A stretch of DNA of 64,000 nucleotides from positions 558,001-622,000 of the forward strand of contig JBNJNM010000021.1 in the NCBI GenBank assembly GCA_052426225.1, in the 5' to 3' direction. The notes under the pieces are model-generated. The model had not been told where the DNA came from and searched no databases. It was given only the letters and a program-made list of their open reading frames with translations. This document shows positions 43,242 through 54,737 of this stretch, one piece after another. Numbering within the stretch: the stretch's first letter is position 1; each line of letters opens with the position of its first letter. The DNA comes from Zancudomyces culisetae HAW-14-8. Taxonomy: Eukaryota > Fungi > Kickxellomycota. The position numbers and the translations under genes were made by a program.

Positions 43242-44999
43242 CTAATTATTTTTATGTTTTTTCATAATGCTTTTTTTAGTATCATCCAAAAACTGATCTA
43301 CTCCAAAGATATCCGAATCCTTTTCAAATTCTACAGGAGTAGATCTTATATTAGCAGACTTTTGAGAAGATGGCAGCTTCCTCTTGGTTCCAAAGGCATC
43401 AAACCGATCCTTTTCCAGCTCTTTTGTAAGAGATTCTTCATTATACCCCATTGTTTCGGCCTGCATATCAACATCCTTGGGCCGGTAGTTGATGTTCATG
43501 CTAGATAGCGACTTGCCCGACATCATTGGCTTGTCGTAAATGTTGTAGGACTCGTCATCGTTTAGATCAGCACCAGTACTTTCGTTTCGATGCAATAAAC
43601 GAGTGTCAAATAAACCTTCACTGGCTGACGAACCGGCTGAAGGCTTGGCAAGTCCCAATGCAATTTTTTCCGAAATGTCTCTGTTTTCCATCCGTGCTGC
43701 ATATTTCGCCTTGGCTTCTGCTCCCATCTTATTCATCCGCAACTCGCGTCGTAGTTCTCTTTGCCGATCTCGCCGAATTTCATCTCGTTCTCTAACCCGT
43801 TCATCTACTTTATCTTCAACCTCTGTTTCTGAGTCTGATCTTGCTTCTCTTTTACCCTCCTTTTCTTCTTCGGATTCAGAGCCAGAGCCAGAGCCAGAGT
43901 CAGAATCAGAATCAGAATCCTTTCCCCATCGTCCTCCTCCTGCTCCCGCTCCTGTCCCCGATCTTTCCTCTCGTGCCAATCGTGCCAAATTCCTCAAATG
44001 CTCTTCCTTGGCTTCTTTTTCTTTAAGAACTATTCGTTGTTGCATCATCGATCGTTGTCTAACCTCCTCTCTTGCATGTCGTTCTGCTGCCAGTAATGCT
44101 TCTGACAATTTTGCAAAGTTGTCATTAATTTTGACCTCTTGTAACCCTCTTCCGTCCGCCGCCAATCTCTTGTCCAGTGCTATTGTGTATCCCTTGGCGT
44201 TTTTCCAATTTGAAATACATGGCGGAATCACCCACGCCTTTTGCTCTTCAACCGATACTGCGCGCGGTGGCGAGTGCATCACCGGTGCTGGTGGCGAAGG
44301 TGGAGCGTTTGGTATCCTCTTGTGCTGAAATTTCGGTGGCTCAAGTGGATCTACCTGTACTTCTGACATTCGAATAACCCGCTGTTGCGCCCCTGAATTG
44401 TAATTTTCCCCCGTTTGGTTAGGCGTATATCGAATAAACGTTGCCCCCGATTCTTGCTCATTTCGCTGACTCCTTGGTTTTGCCGCATTGATTTTGCCAT
44501 TGATTTTCTTCTCCAATGCCTGGAGCGTTCTCTGTGCCGTCTCTTGTACTTCTTCCTCTCCTGGCCTTTCTTTCATGATTCCCTCTTCTTCGTCAATATC
44601 CGTTCTCTCGCGCATTGGAACCAACTGCTTGAAATCACTATGGATTATTTTATTCTCTCCATGTCCCTGTCTCGCTATTGCTCCATAATCAATGTTTCCC
44701 TCTCCATCCACCTGTTTTGTTATGTTTTGACTCTTTTTCGTCTTTTTCAACCCCATTTTTAATGGGTACTGTGCTACAGGTATTTCAGGGTATGCTCCCC
44801 CATCTCCAAAATCCTCAAGGCTTTTGGGAACCCACCCTCTTCGTTTCCCATACTCGGGAATCTTTGTCTTTTCCATCTGTTGTTGCTGTGGTGCTTCAAT
44901 CCTTTCATCTTCCAAGTCCTGCTCCACTCTTTCTCTATATCTCTCTTCTACAGAGTTTGTGTATTTTGGTTCTGGAAGAATTCTTGATATTGAAGACAT
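43242..44999 (-). CDS. PRP45: Pre-mRNA splicing factor Prp45/SNW1/SKIP
   Basis: DFGDGGAYPEI, DPLEPPKF, PPSPPAPVMHSPPR, IPPCISNWKNAKGYTIALDKRLAADGRGL, RDISEKIALG. Confidence 0.97.
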   Translation of the reverse strand: MSSISRILPEPKYTNSVEERYRERVEQDLEDERIEAPQQQQMEKTKIPEYGKRRGWVPKSLEDFGDGGAYPEIPVAQYPLKMGLKKTKKSQNITKQVDGEGNIDYGAIARQGHGENKIIHSDFKQLVPMRERTDIDEEEGIMKERPGEEEVQETAQRTLQALEKKINGKINAAKPRSQRNEQESGATFIRYTPNQTGENYNSGAQQRVIRMSEVQVDPLEPPKFQHKRIPNAPPSPPAPVMHSPPRAVSVEEQKAWVIPPCISNWKNAKGYTIALDKRLAADGRGLQEVKINDNFAKLSEALLAAERHAREEVRQRSMMQQRIVLKEKEAKEEHLRNLARLAREERSGTGAGAGGGRWGKDSDSDSDSGSGSGSESEEEKEGKREARSDSETEVEDKVDERVRERDEIRRDRQRELRRELRMNKMGAEAKAKYAARMENRDISEKIALGLAKPSAGSSASEGLFDTRLLHRNESTGADLNDDESYNIYDKPMMSGKSLSSMNINYRPKDVDMQAETMGYNEESLTKELEKDRFDAFGTKRKLPSSQKSANIRSTPVEFEKDSDIFGVDQFLDDTKKSIMKKHKNN

Positions 45000-46728
45000 T
45001 TTATTTTATTTTATTTTGCAAATCTACTATATTTTATAATCTATGAGTTCCACTTTATATTTTATTTTACACGTTATTTTTTATTTCTAGTACTAATTTA
45101 ATTATTATTATTCTGCATAACAATTTATTATTTTTTCCACTTTATTAATTTCTGAAATCTTTTTATGAAATTATATTAAATTGTAAAAAATATTAGTAAA
45201 ATCAAACAGCAAATAGTATGAAAAAAAAATTTTTTTTTACTCGTAATCATTAGCAACAAAACTTGCAATTATCCTCGTGATTTGTTTAATCACCTCAAAT
45301 TAGACTGATTCCCTTTCTGTTCTATTTATTTATTGTTAACTTTTCTGCAGGAATCTAGCAAAAGCCCAAGCATATATTAACGTGACCGTGAATTTCATCA
45401 ACTCAGCTCAGATAAAAATACACCCAATACTATTACAAGTACAAGTAATATCAAAGTTTAGTATATGTATACCATCATCATCGTTATCTTCTTTAAACGA
45501 ATATTATTCACTTGTAGCAAAGCGTTACCCAAATACAGGCCATCTATCTCCATTGTACTTGCTCGTAATGTAGTAACAAAAGCTGGATCTATTGATATTT
45601 TAGATATCACCTCGTTCTTTGCTTAACCTTACTGAATGGATTGCTTTTATTATTTTAAATCAACTTCTTTTTGATTTAGTGTGTAAAAAGTACTAGAAAT
45701 GTCTACAAGCTGCCATTCATGAATATTACCAACAGATTATCAACAACATATCACAGTGAAGTGAAATTACCTTCACATTTTCTTTTTTCTAATCTTACAT
45801 GTACATTTACATTTATTTTATTTTACTTTATTTTATTTGCTTTATTTTTTGGAAAAATCATGTCATTACCAAAACATCTAATATTGGCTTTTAAACTCAA
45901 TTTTTATACAGCAACACAATATCATATCACCATTTAATATTCAATAAAGCTCACTATTTTGGTATTATCTCGCAACATTATCATCATTATTTCGATTGTT
46001 TTTTAATTTTTTTGCCAATTTTTTATATTGTGTATTTCATCCAAGAAATTAATCAAGACAAAAGTTCAAGTTTAAATATTGATAATAAAAAATAATAATC
46101 GAGAAATCCCTGAAATTGCCAATTTTTTAATTTATTTTTCACCAGAGAAAATTAACCCAAAAGATTAACTGTTTAATTTACAAAAAAAATAAAGTGTTAA
46201 ATTAACGCTCCGAATAATTAATCACCTTAGCTTATATGTTCTGCCAAACTCGTCTCTTGTCTTGTATTTTTTTATAAAATATAATGTCTTGCTTTTTTTT
46301 TTAAATAAAGTAATCGATTATATATTCCATTTGAAATTAATAGAGCAAAGCACAAGCATACTCAGCGAATTTACCTAATTTGGCTGCTAAGAAGCAAAAT
46401 TTTTGCAATCAACACCCTTGAATTGAAAGAACAAAAGTACCAAATACTAATTACTAATTACGAACCCCATTGCTTGGCATTGACGTCATAAAGCTTGGCT
46501 ACAACGATAAACCCAATTTTTATTAGTATTATTATTATTTACTTGCGATAACCAATCAAGCTTGTATAAAGAAAGAGGAAATAAGCAGGCACTTTGAAGA
46601 TTCCTACAAACTTGTTATTCAGAGATAAATCACGTTTTGATAAAGAGTATTCAGACAAGTATCAACATTCTGAATGGGTATATATCGCATTTAACAAAGA
46701 AAAGCGGGAAAGTACAACAGAAATATAG

Positions 46729-48061
46729 ATGACAAGGGATCATACGAAATTTAATACTGGTCTAAAAAGACAATATTCTTCTGAGGATAGGTACGTTGAT
46801 AGCCAACTTGAGTTTATATATCCCAAGGATATTAGAAATAGTATAAGTATATATATTAATAAATATACTGATAATGACAGTAGTAATAGTGGAATCAGTT
46901 CAAATATCAGAAATTATACAAAATTTTTTACCCCAACACTCGCACGACAAATGGTAAACAAGAGGAAAAACAAGTCGTCGACAAACCTGTCAAGACTAAA
47001 TCCAACGGGTCCTGGAAATAGCGGTAGAGGCGGTGTTGCTGAGGGCGAGGGCGAGGGTGTATTTGGAAAATTCAACACATATGTAGTCGGAATTTTAATA
47101 TTTGCGTTTATAGGATGGCTATCTTCAATAATCGTTGTGTTTTTACATTCGTCAACAGGTATGGCTAGTAAGATAATGAATTTTAAAATATCAAATATCA
47201 AATATCAAATATCAAATATCAAATATCAAATATCAAATATCAAATATCAAATATCAAATATCAAATATTAAATTTAACAATAAAATAGATGAGCTAAAGA
47301 GTCATAATAAACACAACAGGAGAATAGGAGAAAATGGACTGATCGTAGGAAAGGTTATAAAAGAAACCGAATATATTACTATTTTGGGATGTATTTTTAC
47401 CACAATCGTTGGGATAGGATATAAGTTGTTGGATAACTGGTTTGGAATTGTGACCGAATTTGATATGGATGCCCTAGTTTTAATAAGGTATTTTTTTTTT
47501 GTTGTAACTAAACACTGGTGTACATTGGTGGTAATCTTGTAGTATAACTTATTTATTTATTGACACGGGTAAATGAATAGGAGTATTGGATGCTTTTTTG
47601 GGATCAACTATGCTTTTTTTGTAAGTCTCAATTAGTAATATTTACTTTACAGAAAAATATAAAAAAAAATAGGTTTACTAACATATCGGTACTGTTAAAC
47701 AAAAACAACAACAACAAAAAAAAAAACAAAAAAACAATAATAGAAAATCGAATTCCAATCCATGGCACAGGCTTATTTCATAACAATAGCAATTACAGTG
47801 GCAAACTGGGCATATTTTGATTCATCAGTGCAAGGAATATTATTTTCAGGATCCATGTCGCTTATAGGTACAGTTATACTGTACATTATGAATTTAACAA
47901 GAAAAGCGGCCGCAGCAACAGTGGCGACAGGCACAACAAATCTATCCAGTTTGAACAGTATAAAAGATGATATAGACCTACTATTGTATTTGCCAGCATT
48001 ATTGTTTTCTTATTGTATACTACTTGGGGTTATGGGAAGGTTAATTTTCAAATCGACATAA
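46729..48061 (+). CDS. INSIG family sterol-regulatory ER membrane protein, 4 exons
   Basis: Exons 46729-47158 (alternative donor 47168, same phase), 47289-47487, 47581-47620, 47744-48061. Join gives LIRSIGCFFGINYAFFKIEF..WAYFDSSVQG..LPALLFSYCILLGVMGRL, matching the INSIG pattern R..A.FVGINHA..K, WW.FD.S..G, LP...F....GN.GR. Start codon uncertain. Confidence 0.8.
47186..47262. repeat. (AAATATC)11 perfect heptamer repeat in INSIG intron 1
   Basis: 77 bp of perfect 7-mer copies making up most of the intron. Confidence 0.95.
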
Positions 48062-48215
48062 CTAGAGTACAAATTCCAAAATTGGTTCAATAAATAGCAT
48101 TTTTTTTTTTATATTTATATTTATTTATATTTTTGTTAATTCAATTGAAAATCTAACTGCTGAGAATATTTCTGCTTTTTGATTCTACTTTTTTTTTTCT
48201 TTCTTTTCTCATTTG

Positions 48216-51200
48216 TTATATATATCCTGAGATTCGGAACTTTTTCAGTTTTTCTGATTTTGATATTTCAGTAATGTTGTATAAAGAGTTTGTTTTTGTT
48301 TTTGTTTTTGTTTTTGCATTTGTTATTGCTATTGCTGTTTTCGAATTACTAGATATTTTACCGGTATTCCCAAAATCTTTTTTAATAAGCTCACCAATTC
48401 CATAATCAGTACCAGAACAAGAACCAAAATTACCAACAATCTTTTCAGAATTTGATACCTTGAGATCCATAAACTGTGTGTTCAAAGCATTGATTGCTGT
48501 TTTTACTTTTTCTTCATCGTTATACCGGCCAACACCTAGCGGTAAAATACGAGTGTTCTTGCGTTGTTTACTATCAAACACCTCTTTGCTTTTGTAAACC
48601 AACATAAAGTAAACTTGGGGTAATCTATATTTGGATTTTCTGCTCTTTACAATTACTTTTACATGCTCGAAAACTGATATTGTAAAAATTTTGTTTGCAT
48701 ATTGCTCCAGATTTACCCTGGATTGAACTCCGTTACTGCCAACACTACCGCTACCACCACCACCACCATCATCATCACGAGAATTATCATTATTGATGAT
48801 GTTGGAGGTAATCGAGGATGGTAATTGCAATTTTATGTGATTAGTATCCAACTCCAGCATTTTACATCCAAAAATCATCGTGTTACAGTGTGCTAAATCC
48901 CTTGTAAAGACCGATAAAGGGATTCCATAGTCATTAAATGGATCTTTGCGCTTAATATACACTGTCCCCGTCAGTCCCAAAGTTGATATATACACATTTA
49001 CTCTATTTTCTTTTATTCCCGATATCATTCCATCAAAACTCAAAAATTCGTTACCACCCTCATTACCTTCAAAAGTGTCACTATTGCTCACAGTATTTGG
49101 TTTGTTTTGTTGGCGTAATAACAAGAGTTGCGTTAAAAATATGGTTTGAAATAACCCTGTTGATTCTCTTTGAATGATTTTGTACGCTTTGGTCTTGGAA
49201 TTCAATAAATCAGTTATCTTTGTAATATAATTGTGATCATATAATAGTTTGCTATATTCACCACTATTAACATCATTAGAACCATACTTAACCGCCTCCA
49301 GCAGTTGTCGATGCACTATAATATCTGAATATCTTCTAATTGGCGATGTAAAATGGGTGTATATAGGAACCGCCAAGCCATAATGGTAGTACTCTCCTCC
49401 CTTATTTCCGCTAACAAATTGTTGGTCATTCCCTGAACATACATACTTTGCTTCCTGCATTGCCAAAACTGTTATGGATTTAAGCAATTTAGCAACAGAG
49501 CCATCGTGAAATTTATCCCTAGCTATTTTCTCGGCTCGAGCCAACGATTCTGCCAGTTTTAAATTGCTCTCAGTATCTATTCCAATCCCTACCGACTCTG
49601 CCATCAGTTTCAGTGTGTCAAACCGCTCTTGAGTCGGAAATCCATGTGATCTCAACAACGACGTCTTGTTAAAATGTTGAAATATTCTCTCTGCTACGGC
49701 AACATTGGCCATAATCATTGCCTCTTCAATAACTGAGTGAATCTCCAGCTTCTTTTTCGGTTCGATTTCGTAGATTTGGTTTTGTTTGTATTTGAACTTG
49801 ACTTCTACACTCTCTAGCTGCAACCCACCATTATTTAGTCGAATACCTCTGAAATGCCTCATTAGAGCTGTTAACATTTCAACCCTGCTTTTTAGTACAC
49901 TGATCATGTCTTTACTAACATTCGCCACAGTTATATATTGTAAAGTAGTATCCTTGGCACTGTCGCTATTGTTCATTAATTCTTTTTGATACGCTTCGTT
50001 TTCATCCAGCAAACTCTGCGCAAATTCATAGCTCATTTCACACTTTGAATTAATCAAGGTTCTACCAAACCATATATCTTTGACTTGGTACTTGTTATCC
50101 AAATTCCAAAGTACCGAAACAGCATACCGATCCTTTCCACCCCTCAATGAACATAATTGCTCACTTAGTAGTTCGGGAATCATATTGAACCTACGATCTG
50201 GCAAATATATCGTGCTTGTTCGTTTTTTGGCCTCCTCGTCAATTTTGTTTCCTGGCTTGACAAAATATGATGCATCTGCTATGTGAACGCCGAGTTCATA
50301 CCCAGTCTTGGTTTTTTCAATAGAAAGAGCATCGTCTATATCTTGACTTCCTATTGGATCTATACTAAATACCACTCTATCTCGTATATCTCGTCTACCC
50401 TTTTCAGCAACTGCATCCCAAGGCTTGGGTAGATCATCCATTACAACCTGGGGAAATGCTAAATCCTGTTGACTCGCTGCTATCCCATGTTCTATCAGGA
50501 GTGTGTCAATTTCTGTGTTTACCTCTCCAGCTTTCCCCAGTTTGCTAATAATATGACCATCTGGATATTGTGAATGTATAGCCCACTTATCTATCACTAC
50601 TACTATGCGGTTTCCAATGATTTCATCCACATTCGAACAACTTATTCTTATTTTGGGGATATTTTCATTCACTGGAACTGCTATATGGAAGCTGCCTTTC
50701 GTATCATCCTCTTGAACCATTGCAACTATTGGTCTCCATTCTCGCTTAACTATCCCAACCACTCTACCCCTAACTGCTTCCTGAGCTTGTGGGTTATTTT
50801 TCAGGCTCAAAAACTGTTCTCCTCCTTTATCCTTCTCAATACTTTTTCCACTATCTCCTTCATCATCAAGGTCGTCAGCAAACTCCATCCACTCACCCAA
50901 ATCCTGATCTTCGTCTTGATCTTCATCCCCATCTCCCTCAGCCTCTAATATTCTCTCACGATCTTCATCCTCCTTACTTTCCTCCTCATTACCTATTATT
51001 TTGACTACGACTGTATCCCCTACAATCGCTCGATTTATATTTACTATCCCTTCAATAATAATATCATGCTTATCTACACCAATTCTCTCGATAAAACCCG
51101 TTTGTCGCTTGTTTTTCCTCACAATCTTTTTTACTACTCCCTGTACGAGTTCTTTATTTCTCAAACCTTCTTGAATTTCATCAAATGAAAGATGCTGCTC

Positions 51201-52057
51201 ATATCCGATATCGCCATCTTTTATAAGGCGGTGTTTTGCATACTCTTCTGCGGTTTTATCCGTAATATCCAACTCAGACCTCTCTGTAGCTTCTTTAAGT
51301 ACTTCAAACTCCTTAATTTTATCTTTTTTATACGTTTTTACAAACTCTGAAATTTCCATCAGCTCAACACCCTGAATCGGAACAAGATCGACGTCGCAGC
51401 TCTTTGTTGTTAGTACACAGATTTTTATCTTTCCCTCCAAATGCTGATATAGCCAAACTGCAAACCGATGTATACTTGCCCTATCCCTTTCAACACTATT
51501 GACACTAGATATTTCGCTCTTCTCAATTCTGGTAGGATAAAAAATTAAATTGCTAAAAGTAACCGCACACTTTTCGCTATCTTCACAAAGTCTATTAAGT
51601 CTCGATATTGTTTTGCGCCTGTCGCGCTGAGCAAGTGCTTCAAGAACGGTCTGTGTAATTATAATATTTTTGACGCATTTCCACTCCAAAAACTCCGAAT
51701 ATCTACTGGAAACCCCGACATCAGGTATCAATATCCTGTCATATTCGCTGTCAATTACATTTGGTAACGTTATTTTATTATTATTCAGGCACTTTCGACA
51801 GCCCTTTACTCTACAGCTCAAATCATCCCTATAATACTCTATGTAACATGTCGAGTCATATATCATTAGGAATTAATATAGTTGATTTTTCAAAGCCAAA
51901 AAAAAGAAAAGAAAGAGGATAAGAAACATAAAAAGATAAAATAATTCTACCACTTACTCTCGCGAATGGTCCGACTAAGTCCTGAGGTTTTGCTTTTTCT
52001 GTAAAATGTGTCTTCGTACCGACCCCTGCCTCCTGCTTGGATCACCTGGATATCCAT
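48216..52057 (-). CDS. DIS3L: DIS3-like exoribonuclease (PIN-CSD-RNB-S1), DIS3L1-type, 2 exons
   Basis: Exon 52057-51958, intron 51957-51839, exon 51838-48216. Join gives RTIREKYYRDDLSC; RNB catalytic SIDPIGSQDIDDALS; HYGLA..YTHFTSPIRRYSD. Confidence 0.85.
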
Positions 52058-52485
52058 ACTATCAATAGTTTCTAATAAAACAGTCGAGAAATTAGAGTGA
52101 ATTGTATTTATAAGCTTCAAATCGGTCTCAGCTATTTTCAAACTCTAAACCAACCTGCAGTTTTTTCCATTTGAAATTCCAAAAAAGATGGCTTTACTGT
52201 TACTAAATTTGTCAAGAATTCTCAATCTGCGATTCAAATGCAAAGAATAATTAATTCACCAATAGAATCGAGCAAAAAGTTCATCCTGCTAAAAACACAG
52301 AAAGCACAGGATTAAATATCACCCTTTTTCTTTATTTTTTGTTTACTGGGCAAGAAAAGTTTACATTGCTTGTTTTTGAACTGTAACGATGTTTAGTGAG
52401 CAAAGACTTTAAATCTGCCATATAATCCCCTTACATATATCACCGGTAACTTTATTATAATTTGACAATCAAACTAGCCGAAAAA

Positions 52486-53824
52486 ATGGACGATAAAAAC
52501 AAGACACTTGAAACAGAAGATTTGATGGGGATAGAATGGCGTTTTTCCGAATGGATTATGCAAGCGGGTGGTTTGACACCCTCAAATGTTATGGAATACT
52601 TTAGCCTTTCTCCGTTTTGGGATCCTACAAGCAACAATGCGGTATTAAGTATGCAGACTAAATTTAATGCTCTACAAAATTCCAATCTCGATTTGACGTA
52701 AGTTCATACTACTTCATGAAAATATATTTGCACGCCCATGTGTTTTCAAACACTCTAGTTTTGTAAGGTTTTCTAAAACAAAAAAAGGAAAGGTTTTCTA
52801 TAATTGAATTTGTGTGTATAGGCAAATGGTTGGAATAGAGTTTGTCCTGATGCACGAGAAATGGCCCAATTTATTTGTAATAGCAAAAAGGCGAAGATCT
52901 TCGCCCACCAAAGGTACTGCTCTCTTCTTTAATATTCGGTTTTATACCCAAAGTATGAATAATAACTGGTTCATTAACATTTTTTAATATTTCTTTTCTA
53001 TCTTTTAGTGGTGAATACAGCTTTCTACTATGTCGTTAATGGAAATATATATCAATCTCCCACCTTGAAATCGCTTATTTCATCCAGAATGGTAATATTA
53101 TATAAACATTATACAAAAATACAATAGTTATTTAAACCCGTCTAAACATATGTATATTTACAACTGACATAGCTTACCAGCTTGAATCTTATTGAGGAGG
53201 CGTTCCAATTGGTGTCCAAAAATGTTAAATATCACCCATATAGTGGGTATTCATGGGGCGTAGCCGGGAGTGACTCCAAACCTCAGAAGGATGCTTCAGA
53301 AGGTAAGAAATCTGTACTGCTACTCATTTATTGTTGCTATTTCTTTTCCACTTTTACTGAGTTTAACTTGAAAATGAACTAAAGTTGTACATCACTTCTA
53401 TTATCTAATAAAAGTAGAAAAACCTACACAAAGTGCCAGTTACCTACAGGTTAAAAACCAATTCAACAGCGCTATAGACTACATGCTAGAAATGGGCCCA
53501 AATAAATATGCTATACTTGCTCAACAGACAAGAATGGCTGAAGAAAGTGCCTTAAAAACAAACCAGTCTGTTCCAAGTGTTCTAAGCAAGAGCAGCAATC
53601 AATCGAGCACTTTAAGTCAATTGTCTAACACGGGAAAATCAGCACACGGAACTCCTACAGTTTCACGGACAAATTCAGGTATAATTTACAATGCATCTTC
53701 GGATGGCGGCATGCTGGGAACCGATTTTAACTATAGAGGTGCTTCTGCAGCACCTAGTCCTGCACCTCACTTTCTTCCTTCGGCATCTGTCAGCCCTAGC
53801 CCCTCACAGTCTAGAATGCATTGA
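52486..53824 (+). CDS. MED6: Mediator subunit Med6, 5 exons
   Basis: Exons 52486-52697, 52822-52913, 53009-53091, 53173-53302, 53418-53824: NVMEYFSLSPFWDPTSNN..LTQMVGIEFVL..LFVIAKR..YYVVNGNIYQSPTL..SRM..YHPYSGYSW. Confidence 0.93.
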
Positions 53825-54737
53825 GCTTCTGTATCTTTTGATATTTACCAACTCATATTTCATATTATCGTGTGATACTTGTTTATATATATACCACGCC
53901 TTTTTTTCTGCAATTTTTATTATTTGTATAATTTTCTTTTTTTCTAAATACACATATGCGTTTTAATTTTCGCTGTTTATTCAACAATAGAACGGTATTT
54001 AACATATTTCAATTATATCAAAATATACTTCTTGATCTAATGAAGGCATTTAACGAGCTATAGCGAATCATTGTTTTCTTGGTTATTGTATTTCACCAAA
54101 TGAATATTATGCCGATTTTAAACCATACACTGTGAACCTGGAGAATATTTCGTATTTTTATTATTTTTTGAGCTCAGCACTTTGATTTTAGTTCCTCGTC
54201 ACATGTAATATATGATGATCGAAACTGTACAACCAGAAATACGTGGGAATAACCACATAGAAAGTGTAGCATGAACCCAATACTCACCTACTGCGATGTG
54301 CTTGGCAGATATCGTCGCTATTATATCACCAGCTGGATACCCACTTTTATCGGTATAAACAAGCTATCAAGTATTTATTTGGTAAAATATATAAATGTGC
54401 GTTATGCAATGTATTCCAAAAGAGAATACCACTAATGCGGATATTTTCACGTTTATTTGTTGGGTTCGTGATAAACGTAAACAACATGAGCTCAAGTTTT
54501 TGTGTAATTCGAGTTAGTAATAATTCGATTTTTTTTCTTGACACAGTACTTGAAATTTTGATATTCAATCACTTTTCCACTATTTACGCTTGTGCTGATT
54601 TTCATTTACATTTGTTTTGTAAATATTTACGATTAGTTTATACGAATACCAAAAAATAAGCGATTTAAAAAACATTTAGGCAAACAAATCCTAAAAAGTA
54701 AAATTAGATCTAATTCTACAGCGAAACAATAAACAAA

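Noticed and set aside
45455-45470. ACATATACTAAA identical to part of U6 snRNA
   Set aside because: No ACAGAGA box or 5' stem; a chance AT-rich match.
45351-45573. About 70-codon open frame after a CAG acceptor-like site between PRP45 and INSIG
   Set aside because: No ATG or upstream exon found and no recognisable similarity.
47159-47271. (ISNIKYQ)n peptide repeat in the ORF track, or a CRISPR/telomere-like array
   Set aside because: It is an intronic 7-bp microsatellite with no spacers.
6983-48061. IDI1 plus INSIG as a sterol/isoprenoid cluster
   Set aside because: About 39 kb apart with many unrelated genes between them.
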